Positions 48,078-57,250 of a DNA stretch of 64,000 nt are shown one piece after another. Origin of the DNA: Candidatus Poribacteria bacterium (lineage in GTDB: Bacteria > Poribacteria > WGA-4E > WGA-3G); assembly GCA_965214095.1 (NCBI GenBank), contig OZ243938.1, positions 256,001-320,000 on the forward strand, given 5' to 3'. Both the position numbers and the translations under genes were made by a program. The notes beneath the pieces are model-generated. The model worked only from the letters and a program-made list of their open reading frames with translations. It was not told the DNA's origin and made no database searches. Position 1 is the first letter of the stretch. Every line of letters starts with the position of its first letter.

Positions 48078-48801
48078 CTCTACGGATGTGTTGTAATGCT
48101 TCAGACAGAATTGTGTCGTTTTGATATTGGTTTAGGACAGATTGCATTTCAGACTTTGATGGTGTTTTCTTAATTTCTCCACATAGCAGTGGTAATGCTC
48201 GGATTACATTATCTACTATTGTTATACTTGCCATCTGTGCAGTTCTTGACATTGGGTTCAGGTCGATTGTTACTACATCTTTTCCCATTTTTCGTAGTGC
48301 TTCGCATCGATCCCCGTCTTCAAGTGGCACGAAGACAACATCTGCGACGAATATACCATCAGGATGCACATATTTTCGATTGGAGTCGATATATGAGAGT
48401 TGTGCTTCAGTGGTAGGCATAAGCACTTGTTCTGCACCATGTTTTAGTAGATGTTGCCTGATTTTCTCCTCGCGACCAGATTCAGTATGAAATATGTTGA
48501 CCTCTAATGGTGTATTCAGAAGGTTTGATAATTCAACAAGATCATCAGGAACTAATGCAGCAACATTCCCATTTACGGAGATCATTGGGTGTCTTGCAAA
48601 TGATAACATCGCGGCTGCAGCGCGTATAGCGTTTATTGCAAAAGGTTGCGTTTGTTCAGATAATAGATAGTCATAAGCCTCTCCGCGTCCGTGAGCAATA
48701 AGACCATGGATAGAGGTAATTCCTAATTCTACACCTTCTACTATTTTATCTCGTAATGCAAGAGAAATATATCGTGGATGGGATTTTGGCACATCGCTCA
48801 T
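48064..48801 (-). CDS. 4-phosphopantoate--beta-alanine ligase (archaeal-type phosphopantothenate synthetase)
   Basis: SHPRYISL, GLIAHGRGEAYDYL, ISVNGNVAAL, VPLEDGDR and IDLNPMSRT motifs. Confidence 0.92.
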   Translation of the reverse strand: MSDVPKSHPRYISLALRDKIVEGVELGITSIHGLIAHGRGEAYDYLLSEQTQPFAINAIRAAAAMLSFARHPMISVNGNVAALVPDDLVELSNLLNTPLEVNIFHTESGREEKIRQHLLKHGAEQVLMPTTEAQLSYIDSNRKYVHPDGIFVADVVFVPLEDGDRCEALRKMGKDVVTIDLNPMSRTAQMASITIVDNVIRALPLLCGEIKKTPSKSEMQSVLNQYQNDTILSEALQHIRRGAND

Positions 48802-48831
48802 AGTATAATACCAATGCTATTCTTTGAGTTC

Positions 48832-48860
48832 ATTATACAGAAGAATAGAATTGTATTCAA
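48832..48860 (-). promoter_or_regulatory. sigma70-type promoter for the phosphopantothenate synthetase gene
   Basis: TTGAAT-17 bp-TATAAT on the minus strand. Confidence 0.55.
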
Positions 48861-48966
48861 GATGCATTTTGAGAAAAGAACCCCGTATATCAGATATCAA
48901 ATTTGACTAAATTTCAGTTCATGTGGTATATTAGACAAATCAGATAACTATAATAGAGGAAAAATA

Positions 48967-50421
48967 ATGTATACACCGCAATATCCCGGCCCCAACGAAG
49001 AACTACTTGAAGCACAAGCAAGGGTTTGCACAGGACCACACCAAACCCGTCCGTTAGGGAAAAAGGTAAATGACGGACCACAACCTGATACAATTCTTGA
49101 AACGATATTAGAATCGTTAAATGGAAATTTGCAGGAAAAAGATGCAGTTTCAGAAGCACAAATGGGTGCATTTTTCGTGGCGATGACAATACGCAAATAT
49201 TTTCCTGAAGCAACGCAATGGTCTCCTGCTGAGAAAGCAGCATTTCAGAAATATCAACTAACATTGTTACCAATTCTTCCCAAAGAGATTCAATTTCTAA
49301 TTAATCCTGATAATGGATATATCCCAAGGAATCAGAACGAAGCCATAGTTGTAACTGCATTGGAGAAAATATTAAGAGCCAAACACCTAAGTTATGCCGA
49401 AACTCGTCAGATGTGTGAGGCAATTCTTTCTGATAATGTGAAACCTGCACTCAAAGCTGCTGCACTTATTGGTCAACGCATGAATAGAGAAACTTATGAA
49501 GAAGTCCATGGATATCTTGATGCATTCTATGCCCCAGAAAATGTCTGTCCGATTGATGTAGAGAACCTTACACACTTTGGACAACCGTATGACGGAGCAA
49601 CCCGCTATTTTCGTCCAACACTATTTGTAGCAGCAGTACGTGCGGCGTTAGGGGAACCTTCTCTCTTACATAGTGTGGACTTAATGCCACCAAAGAATGG
49701 AATTACTGAGGAGACGTTATTGAAAGCACTTGGAGCAAAAACGGATTTATCATTAGAACAGACTGCATCGTTGATTACAGACAAATCAATAGGATTCGGT
49801 TATGTCAGTCAACGTGAATATTCACCAGGTGCTTATAGTTTGCGGGAGTTACGCGTGCATATAATGAAACGTCCACCGTGGGCTGCAACTGAAAAGGCAC
49901 AACAATTCTTTTCAGCACGTCAGAAGAATTATATGGTTCTTGGATATTATCATATCGGTTATGAAAAACCGTTGCTACAAATGGCAGCAGAAAGGGGATT
50001 TCATGCCGCAGTAGCAATAAAAGGTGAAGAAGGCACCAGTCATTACGCACTGAGGCTTGGAAAACCTTCTACACCAGAGAGGATGGCAGTCAACTATTCA
50101 CAAGGATTTCGACACATGAATCGTGAACGTGAAGACTTTGCTTTGGACATTGATCCAAAAGCTTATGGATTTGAATATACTTTAAATCCAAGACCGCAGG
50201 AGGTCTCTGCGAAAGCTTATGCAAACGCGGGTATAGCAGCATTGTCTGGTGAAAAGGGACAAATCTACGATAGAATCCTTCTCAACACCGCAATGATAGA
50301 TTACCTATTAGGTATCTGTCATGATCCACATGAAGCACTCAAACGGACAAAAGCAGTTATGGATGATGGAACTGCATTGAAGCATTTAAAGGCATACATT
50401 GAAATAAGCATGGATGTATAG
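48967..50421 (+). CDS. Anthranilate phosphoribosyltransferase-like protein (TrpD2/YbiB-like)
   Basis: EAQMGAFF, GQPYDG, MPPKNG, KRPPWAATEK and KGEEG motifs. Lacks the canonical TrpD GTGGD. Confidence 0.75.
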   Translation: MYTPQYPGPNEELLEAQARVCTGPHQTRPLGKKVNDGPQPDTILETILESLNGNLQEKDAVSEAQMGAFFVAMTIRKYFPEATQWSPAEKAAFQKYQLTLLPILPKEIQFLINPDNGYIPRNQNEAIVVTALEKILRAKHLSYAETRQMCEAILSDNVKPALKAAALIGQRMNRETYEEVHGYLDAFYAPENVCPIDVENLTHFGQPYDGATRYFRPTLFVAAVRAALGEPSLLHSVDLMPPKNGITEETLLKALGAKTDLSLEQTASLITDKSIGFGYVSQREYSPGAYSLRELRVHIMKRPPWAATEKAQQFFSARQKNYMVLGYYHIGYEKPLLQMAAERGFHAAVAIKGEEGTSHYALRLGKPSTPERMAVNYSQGFRHMNREREDFALDIDPKAYGFEYTLNPRPQEVSAKAYANAGIAALSGEKGQIYDRILLNTAMIDYLLGICHDPHEALKRTKAVMDDGTALKHLKAYIEISMDV

Positions 50422-50441
50422 AACATCCATGCTATTAAACT

Positions 50442-52271
50442 TCAATCTTCCAACTCAAGCTTACGTTTTTCATCTCTCAGACCAACATATACACAAGCAC
50501 CCATACCTAACAGTACAATTGCAAATGGGAAACCTGTCGCAAGTGATGCAGCTTGTAAAGACTTTAATCCTCCTCCAAGGAGTAACGCGATTGCCACTAA
50601 CCCCTCAACAGTGCACCAGAACACACGTTGTGGTACTGGTGCGTCAACCTTACCCCCGGCAGCTATGATGTCAATGATTAGAGAGCCAGAGTCTGACGAG
50701 GTAACGAAAAAGATAATAGTCAATAACATAGCTACGGATCCAAGCAGTATTGTTAACGGTAGTTCATCCAACATTTTGAAGAGTGCAATTGGATATTCAT
50801 ATAAAGCGACCTCATCTGCGACCTCTGTATATCCGTCAACCATGTTTTGATGAAGTGCAGTGCCTCCAAAAGCACTGAACCACAATAAACATAAGAGAGT
50901 CGGTATAACAAGCACAAATATCATGAACTCGCGCACCGTACGTCCCTTTGAAATGCGAGCGATAAATGTCCCTATGAAGGGAGCCCAAGCGATCCACCAT
51001 GCCCAGTAGAATGTCGTCCATCCATGGTAGAACCCTGTGTCCTCGCGTCCGATCCAGTTGCTGAGTGGCACAATCTTCATGATATAGGTGCCAAGACCAG
51101 TGAAAATACTACGGAATATGTAGAGTGTTGGACCGAGAACAAAAATAGCCAAGAGCAAAATGAACGCAAGGATTACATTAAACTGACTGAGACGTTTAAT
51201 ACCGACGTTAATGCCTGTTATCACTGAAATCAGGGCAATGGTCGTAATCACTACAATCAGTATTATCATGGTCAAGTTGTTTGACGGAATTCCATACAGA
51301 TAGTTCATCCCAGCTGTTACCTGCTTCACCCCCAATCCAAGAGAGGTTGCCAATCCAAAGATACCTGCGAATATCGCAAATGTATCAATGATGTGTCCAG
51401 GCCAACCCCATATACGGTCACCGAATATAGGATAAAACGCAGAACGAATGAGGAGTGGCAAGCCACGGTTGTATGCAAAAAATGCGAGAGCGAGTCCAAC
51501 AATCCCGTAGATCGCCCACCCTTGTAGTCCCCAGTGGAAGACAGTGGTTGCTATACCCATATTAGCAGCTTCCGCAGTACCAGCTGTCATACCGAGGGGA
51601 GGTCTTTGCAGATACTCCATTGGCTCTGACACACCGAAAAACAGAAGTCCAATTCCGATTCCGGCAGCAAATAGCATCGCAAGCCAAGTTATGTAGGAGT
51701 ATTCGGGTTTTGCATCTACACCACCGAGACGTATTTTACCAAATGGTGAGAGGGCAACAAACAGACAAAAGAGAAATATCAAGTTAGTGGAAATCATAAA
51801 CAACCAGTCAAGGTTTGTAGTGAGCCACTTTCGGGCACCATTAAAGAGTATTGGTACCTTTGCCTTAATTTTCTCCTCTAAAAGTGTAAATTTACCATCC
51901 TGAAGTATTTCTTGACTGATTTTCTTAAGATCCTTTTCCTCAAGTATCCCCTGAAAATCATCATTAGGACGTATTTTCAGTATTTTCAGCAGATCATCAT
52001 CTTGAAGTACTTCCTGGAGTCTTACCTGAAGTTCGCTTTCCTGAAGTTCACCTTCTTTGAGTATCTCCTGACGTATTTCCTGAAGTTTATCCTGAAGCTT
52101 ACCTTCCTGAAGATGGATATAGAATAGAGTGCCAACGATAAAAGCAATAATAGTTATACTGGAAATCACGAATACGGGTGTAAGGTATATCTCTAAACCA
52201 AACAGTTTTTTGTACTTACCTTCATCTACTTGATGTGGCATCTGTTGGGGTTGTTTTCCTTCTTCGTTCAT
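50442..52271 (-). CDS. BCCT family (betaine/carnitine/choline) transporter with a repetitive insertion
   Basis: MLFAAGIGIGL, FHWGL, WTTFYWAWWIAWAPF, ARISKGRT and FFVTSSDSGS motifs. Start MNEEG after AAAGGAG. Confidence 0.93.
   Translation of the reverse strand: MNEEGKQPQQMPHQVDEGKYKKLFGLEIYLTPVFVISSITIIAFIVGTLFYIHLQEGKLQDKLQEIRQEILKEGELQESELQVRLQEVLQDDDLLKILKIRPNDDFQGILEEKDLKKISQEILQDGKFTLLEEKIKAKVPILFNGARKWLTTNLDWLFMISTNLIFLFCLFVALSPFGKIRLGGVDAKPEYSYITWLAMLFAAGIGIGLLFFGVSEPMEYLQRPPLGMTAGTAEAANMGIATTVFHWGLQGWAIYGIVGLALAFFAYNRGLPLLIRSAFYPIFGDRIWGWPGHIIDTFAIFAGIFGLATSLGLGVKQVTAGMNYLYGIPSNNLTMIILIVVITTIALISVITGINVGIKRLSQFNVILAFILLLAIFVLGPTLYIFRSIFTGLGTYIMKIVPLSNWIGREDTGFYHGWTTFYWAWWIAWAPFIGTFIARISKGRTVREFMIFVLVIPTLLCLLWFSAFGGTALHQNMVDGYTEVADEVALYEYPIALFKMLDELPLTILLGSVAMLLTIIFFVTSSDSGSLIIDIIAAGGKVDAPVPQRVFWCTVEGLVAIALLLGGGLKSLQAASLATGFPFAIVLLGMGACVYVGLRDEKRKLELED
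51895..52112 (-). repeat. Intragenic degenerate minisatellite (CTTCAGGA core, 12/15-bp units)
   Basis: Five exact CTTCAGGA copies plus variants, encoding LQE/LQD repeats. Confidence 0.75.
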
Positions 52272-52307
52272 TTCAAGATTCTCCTTTATGATTGGTATGT
52301 TTGCCAA

Positions 52308-53621
52308 TTAGAAATAATAACCGAAGTTAAAATTCAACCGCCAATGCCACACATTATTCCCGTTTGCACCGACATGGTTGACACCTGTCAAGATGTTACT
52401 ATAGTTATCGTCAGTGTTTCCAACAAAGAAGTTACCATCGGATAGACCAAAATCACTATAAACATAGAGAGCCCCTAAGAATGTCCAACTTGCGCCGATT
52501 GTCACCAGGGTACTATTGTTATAGTTATCTGCCGATTTGAGAATTGTGCTCAACTCAACATAAGGAGTTACACTGTCTATCCATGAAATATCGTCAGTGC
52601 TAATTCCATCATAACGCAGAGATACTGCAGGAATCATTCCTGTTGAAGCAACTGGCCATGCAAAGTCATAAGCACCCATCGGAATCAAGTCACCTGTTTT
52701 CCATTGGGTATCATCTGAAATATTATGCGTGTAGTAGGTAAATTGTGAATAGAGCGTGAAGTTAGCGAGGGAGTTTTTCATGTGAGCAGAAAGTGCATAG
52801 TGATTGCCAGTATCTTCATCACCAACTGCTGTGCCTTTTAACAACCCAAATTGAACTGATGCTCCAATATCTGCGCTATCTGCAAGCGAGTAAATCGCAC
52901 GGAGGTTAATTTGATGTTGTTCATCGTAGCCGTTTTCACTATCACCCCATGTCACATTTCCATCAGCATCGGTTATTTCTTCCCACTTTACGACATCATA
53001 ACTATATCGTGAACTGTTCAGACTATCACCAAATCCTTGTGGTTCAGCCATAAGTGAATAACCAACAGACAATCCTAAGTCGTTAAACTTTGTATCCCAT
53101 CTTATACCTAAATCTGGATCATCAGAGAGTCCAACGTAAAAATGCTGGTCAAAGTACCAACTTGTTGAAACTCCGTATGCTGTCGGTCCGAATGGAACAC
53201 GAACTATTCCTGCTTTTACAGTACCTAGATCACCTAAATTATAGCCTAACCATCCTGTGTGAATCATACTGTAATTATCATACCAACGGAATTCAGCTCT
53301 TCCGATGATGTTTTGATACTCTATATCAGCATTTAATCTAAATATCTCAAGGTCTACATCTCCAATCTTTTCACCTCGTGGGTGCGGATTCTCATCATCA
53401 CCGTAAGTGCCGTATGCATAGTTAACCCGCATTGCCCCGCCAATTTTGATAGGACTTTTCTTCTGAACTTCCTCCTCAGCTATTACCTCAGTGTTTTCGG
53501 TTGTATCGGCAGTCAAGTAATTGGATGTTGATATGAAAATCAAAATTACGATACATAAGAGATTTCCATACCTATTCTTACTCAAGCAATAATAGTTCCT
53601 TAACTTATTATGAATGTGCAT
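52308..53621 (-). CDS. Outer-membrane porin-like beta-barrel upstream of the BCCT transporter
   Basis: Signal peptide; IKIGGAMRVNY and GIVRVPFG motifs; terminal RLNFNFGYYF (BAM-type aromatic end). Confidence 0.8.
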   Translation of the reverse strand: MHIHNKLRNYYCLSKNRYGNLLCIVILIFISTSNYLTADTTENTEVIAEEEVQKKSPIKIGGAMRVNYAYGTYGDDENPHPRGEKIGDVDLEIFRLNADIEYQNIIGRAEFRWYDNYSMIHTGWLGYNLGDLGTVKAGIVRVPFGPTAYGVSTSWYFDQHFYVGLSDDPDLGIRWDTKFNDLGLSVGYSLMAEPQGFGDSLNSSRYSYDVVKWEEITDADGNVTWGDSENGYDEQHQINLRAIYSLADSADIGASVQFGLLKGTAVGDEDTGNHYALSAHMKNSLANFTLYSQFTYYTHNISDDTQWKTGDLIPMGAYDFAWPVASTGMIPAVSLRYDGISTDDISWIDSVTPYVELSTILKSADNYNNSTLVTIGASWTFLGALYVYSDFGLSDGNFFVGNTDDNYSNILTGVNHVGANGNNVWHWRLNFNFGYYF

Positions 53622-53748
53622 TTTTTCCCCTTTAATAGTAATTAATATCCATACGGATATATTTTGCACAGCTTAATAAACATAAAAATTGAATTAGTGT
53701 TTCGTTCATGTATCTCAATAGATAAAAATTTCCAGTTGATATAACTCA

Positions 53749-55758
53749 TTATTGCATATCCATACCAGAAAACATTAAAATTGTATTAATCAGTTGTCTG
53801 AAGTCACCAAGTGTTATAACTAACTTTGCACCAATACCACCATCTTGAACTCTTGCAGAAAAACCAATACTATAGTTCTCATCAACACCTGCTAAAAGAC
53901 CAGTGAACATCTGCATCCCTGCAGCTATATCTGGATCCATTTCTGACATCAGAGACATAATACTGTTTGCCACTGTAATCGGTGAGAATCCATAAAGGAT
54001 ATTATTGTCAGTACCTAACTTCTCAATTAGATGCTGAAAGCTTATGTTTTCAGCTAAACTCTCACCAATTTTTGCCTTACTGTCAAGGGCAGCCTGTATC
54101 TGTTGTGCTCCACCAATGCCAAAATAAAAGCGTTTATCGGAAAATGCATAAGACCATTGCCACTCTTGTGGCAAAATCATTGCAGCATTTGGGTCAACAT
54201 CAATGAAAGCATCTCCGAAATTTGGGAAGACAATGCTCTTAATCTCAACGTCATTATGAACTATGGAATTGCCATAATGAATGTCATTGAACATACTCAG
54301 TTGTGGAACATCTTCAATATTCTCTTGAATCAAGTTAACAATTTTCTCTATCTGCGTCAAAAAACTTTCATTCATATACGTTTTGAGTCTCTGTTCATCT
54401 TTAAGCGCAATAACATATAAATATTCTGGAAGTAAACTCTCATTGTAGTTGGTTAAGAAACTCATTTCGTTTGTAAAGGTTTCTTTAAACTCTAAAATAT
54501 CCTGAAATATCGTTTCGAGATGCTCAATTATCTCAGTGAAGTCTTCATCACTATCATCCAATCCACTTGTTGAAATGGCATTAAGCAAGTGTTTATTCAT
54601 TTCAAATAGAATTCCAAGATCTATATTAAATCCACCACAAGCAAATGCCTCATTTGGCAAATCATTGATGAGAGATAAATCATCTGGTTCAAGTTTATTC
54701 AAAGCTTGTTCGATTTTTCCATCTTTTTTGAAATGCAGATTCTGTGAGAGCATCACATCGGTATCTTCAATCTGGAGTGAAACACTAACTGAATTTAACT
54801 CCGTTAAGAATCCCGCAATCCATTCAGACATACCCTCAACGAGTGGCACAACCGCAGCAGAATCAGGATCACTCTGTATACTATCTATTATATCTTGGGA
54901 TTCTACTCTAAACCCCTCAATAAATGGTTCCATGACAGTTTGTAGGTTGAAATAAGCTGCTACTTGTTCAGTTCCTTTCATGATAGTAGCTAAGAATGAA
55001 GTGTAATTCATATTCTGGGTAATTGACATTAATTTCCCATTTATTATATCAATTACATTCTCACATACCTCAGGAAATTGCGCATATATAAGGATATCAT
55101 CTAAGATTACATAACTGCCTTCACCTGAACTCCAATAGGTAGTACCATTATATTCAACAGGTTCACTATCCTCAGCCTCAGTGTCTATTACCTCTTTAAT
55201 TATGTCTGGATCCCTTAAATGGACTATCGCACCAATACTTGCTGGTTCAAAACTTGTAAGGAAAATAGCAAAATCACTATCTAAATCCAAACCGATATCT
55301 TCTAATTCCACTAAAGTCTCAAAACCTGGATCAATAGTACTTGCTAAGAATTGGGCAAGAAATTCTGAATTTTGACCAGCTGGTGGCACAAGTTCGGCAA
55401 CAACATTATTAATCCTGTCATCTAATTCCAATAGACTCGGACAATAGATTACTCCCATTGCTGAATCGGGAATTAGATGTAAGACGCTTTCTTTTGGTAT
55501 TACTGCCGTTAATTTTTCAGTTTCTTTTTGCAAATCAGGTGAAGGTGAAACATCATTTTGATTTGCTACTTGAGCATGTTCTGATTCATTAAGTTCTGCA
55601 TTAAGAGCAATATATGTGTATGTTCCGCTTGAGTATTGCTCATTCAGAAATTCAAAATTTGTTTGTGGTTCTGATATTGCTTCGGTTACGCATCCGACAT
55701 AAACAAAAAATGTCATAAACATTAATATGACACTGAGTAATTGTAAATTCTTTTTCAT
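53749..55758 (-). CDS. Hypothetical acidic lipoprotein (DUF3352-like)
   Basis: Lipobox YVGC; VLHLIP and VEYNGTTYW motifs. Confidence 0.55.
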   Translation of the reverse strand: MKKNLQLLSVILMFMTFFVYVGCVTEAISEPQTNFEFLNEQYSSGTYTYIALNAELNESEHAQVANQNDVSPSPDLQKETEKLTAVIPKESVLHLIPDSAMGVIYCPSLLELDDRINNVVAELVPPAGQNSEFLAQFLASTIDPGFETLVELEDIGLDLDSDFAIFLTSFEPASIGAIVHLRDPDIIKEVIDTEAEDSEPVEYNGTTYWSSGEGSYVILDDILIYAQFPEVCENVIDIINGKLMSITQNMNYTSFLATIMKGTEQVAAYFNLQTVMEPFIEGFRVESQDIIDSIQSDPDSAAVVPLVEGMSEWIAGFLTELNSVSVSLQIEDTDVMLSQNLHFKKDGKIEQALNKLEPDDLSLINDLPNEAFACGGFNIDLGILFEMNKHLLNAISTSGLDDSDEDFTEIIEHLETIFQDILEFKETFTNEMSFLTNYNESLLPEYLYVIALKDEQRLKTYMNESFLTQIEKIVNLIQENIEDVPQLSMFNDIHYGNSIVHNDVEIKSIVFPNFGDAFIDVDPNAAMILPQEWQWSYAFSDKRFYFGIGGAQQIQAALDSKAKIGESLAENISFQHLIEKLGTDNNILYGFSPITVANSIMSLMSEMDPDIAAGMQMFTGLLAGVDENYSIGFSARVQDGGIGAKLVITLGDFRQLINTILMFSGMDMQ

Positions 55759-55795
55759 GGATTCTCCTATCCTTGCTGATCAATAATCAACAACA

Positions 55796-56884
55796 TTAAT
55801 TCGTTGAATTTGAGATTTTTTCTTGAACTCTGTTGATCTCGTCTTTGGAAGTCAATACACTTATTTCCACTTCATAATGACGACGTCCACCTGGTTCTAT
55901 ATGATGGAGTGAACCACGTTCACGTTCAGATGCTCTACCTTCAACTCTACAGTTTGATGGTTCTAATCCCATCACATAAGCACCTTGTCCACACATTTTC
56001 CACTGCACAAAGTGAGGAAATTGTGTTTTGTGGTAACGGACAGCTATCCCTATTCCTTGATCCTCGTTAAACGCACGGTTTACAAGAGCAACACGAATAT
56101 GATTATCAACATCCGGTTCCATTTCATGATAGTAAACCTGTTCTTGAAAGTCTACAGTCGGTGGTTCCCCGAAGTTATAATTTGTAAGGTTTTTTTTGGC
56201 GTGTTCATCTCGTGGTGTTACCTGCGAGGTCGGGGCAATAAGTTCGCATCTATCTGCAAGAATTGGAAAACCGGCATTAATATGAAAGAGATACATTAGA
56301 GGACATTCTTTGTAACCAAGATTTTCAACAATGTCCTCAATGTGAATCTTTTTTGAACCTAATTCTGTCCATATTCGACGCGTGCGACACAAATGTTCTC
56401 CTAAGGCAGTTGTTTCTGTTACTTTCCCTTGTGCCCACAATATATAACGATTGCCTTCCCATCGTGTATCTACCCAAACATTTTTGGCTGGAATATGTGA
56501 TACTCTTCCGTGCAATCCGAGTTCATCTTCTCCATCTTTGTTAGGGGCACCTGCTTGTGTCATCCCACATGTTGTTAATAAACCGCCATAAAATCCGCGT
56601 AACCATCCCACTCCCTGGGATTCATAATGTGTTGCTGCTACATCTCCTGTTCCTGAACGCCAACATAATGGAATTCCATTAAAATCTGCAAAAGATATGT
56701 CCATACCTCTATTCGGTAGAACAGTGAAGTTCAATCCAGAACCGGTTCTAAAACCGATAGCGTCTGTGCCTTTTTCATTCCCATCATTTAGTTGATAAAC
56801 CTTTGCCTCTGCCACTTGTGAAATGTCTCCTAAGTGGTGAAGCAGCTGCATTCTATCATAATCTTCTCCAAAAAGATGTATCAA
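55796..56884 (-). CDS. Aldose 1-epimerase family protein (DUF4432)
   Basis: VLPNRGMDI, GGLLTTCG, LHGR, LFHINAGFP and YVMGLEP motifs. Confidence 0.88.
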   Translation of the reverse strand: MIHLFGEDYDRMQLLHHLGDISQVAEAKVYQLNDGNEKGTDAIGFRTGSGLNFTVLPNRGMDISFADFNGIPLCWRSGTGDVAATHYESQGVGWLRGFYGGLLTTCGMTQAGAPNKDGEDELGLHGRVSHIPAKNVWVDTRWEGNRYILWAQGKVTETTALGEHLCRTRRIWTELGSKKIHIEDIVENLGYKECPLMYLFHINAGFPILADRCELIAPTSQVTPRDEHAKKNLTNYNFGEPPTVDFQEQVYYHEMEPDVDNHIRVALVNRAFNEDQGIGIAVRYHKTQFPHFVQWKMCGQGAYVMGLEPSNCRVEGRASERERGSLHHIEPGGRRHYEVEISVLTSKDEINRVQEKISNSTN

Positions 56885-57006
56885 GTTCTCAGTCTCCTTT
56901 ACTATGCTTGTTTGCTATTTTTTACTTCTATTGTTTTCAAGTCATGGCATTATAACAGAAATACAAGCGAAATACAAGCAAGGATATTTTGTGGTTTCAA
57001 TTCCTA

Positions 57007-57213
57007 TAGATATGTGAGGAGTGTGCATAAAGAAAATCAATCTCAAATATGCTCTTAAAAGTAGTAGGCACGCTCCGCGTGCCGTCCACAAGATCAAATC
57101 GTCTCAATAGATTATGCTGCCACAAAGGGAACAATTACATATAAAGAAATACTTGATGAGAGACGCTGCCAATGTTGGCACATAATATATTTATGCACCC
57201 CCTCAGATATGTA
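57007..57213. mobile_element. MITE-like element F: ~24-bp imperfect TIRs with a family-2 REP
   Basis: TAGATATGTGAGGAGTGTGCATAAA ... TTTATGCACCCCCTCAGATATGTA. Internal GTAGTAGGCACGCTCCGCGTGCCGT at 57061-57085. Confidence 0.7.
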
Positions 57214-57250
57214 ACTCACTGATTAAAATAGAGATAATTTATGATAATGC

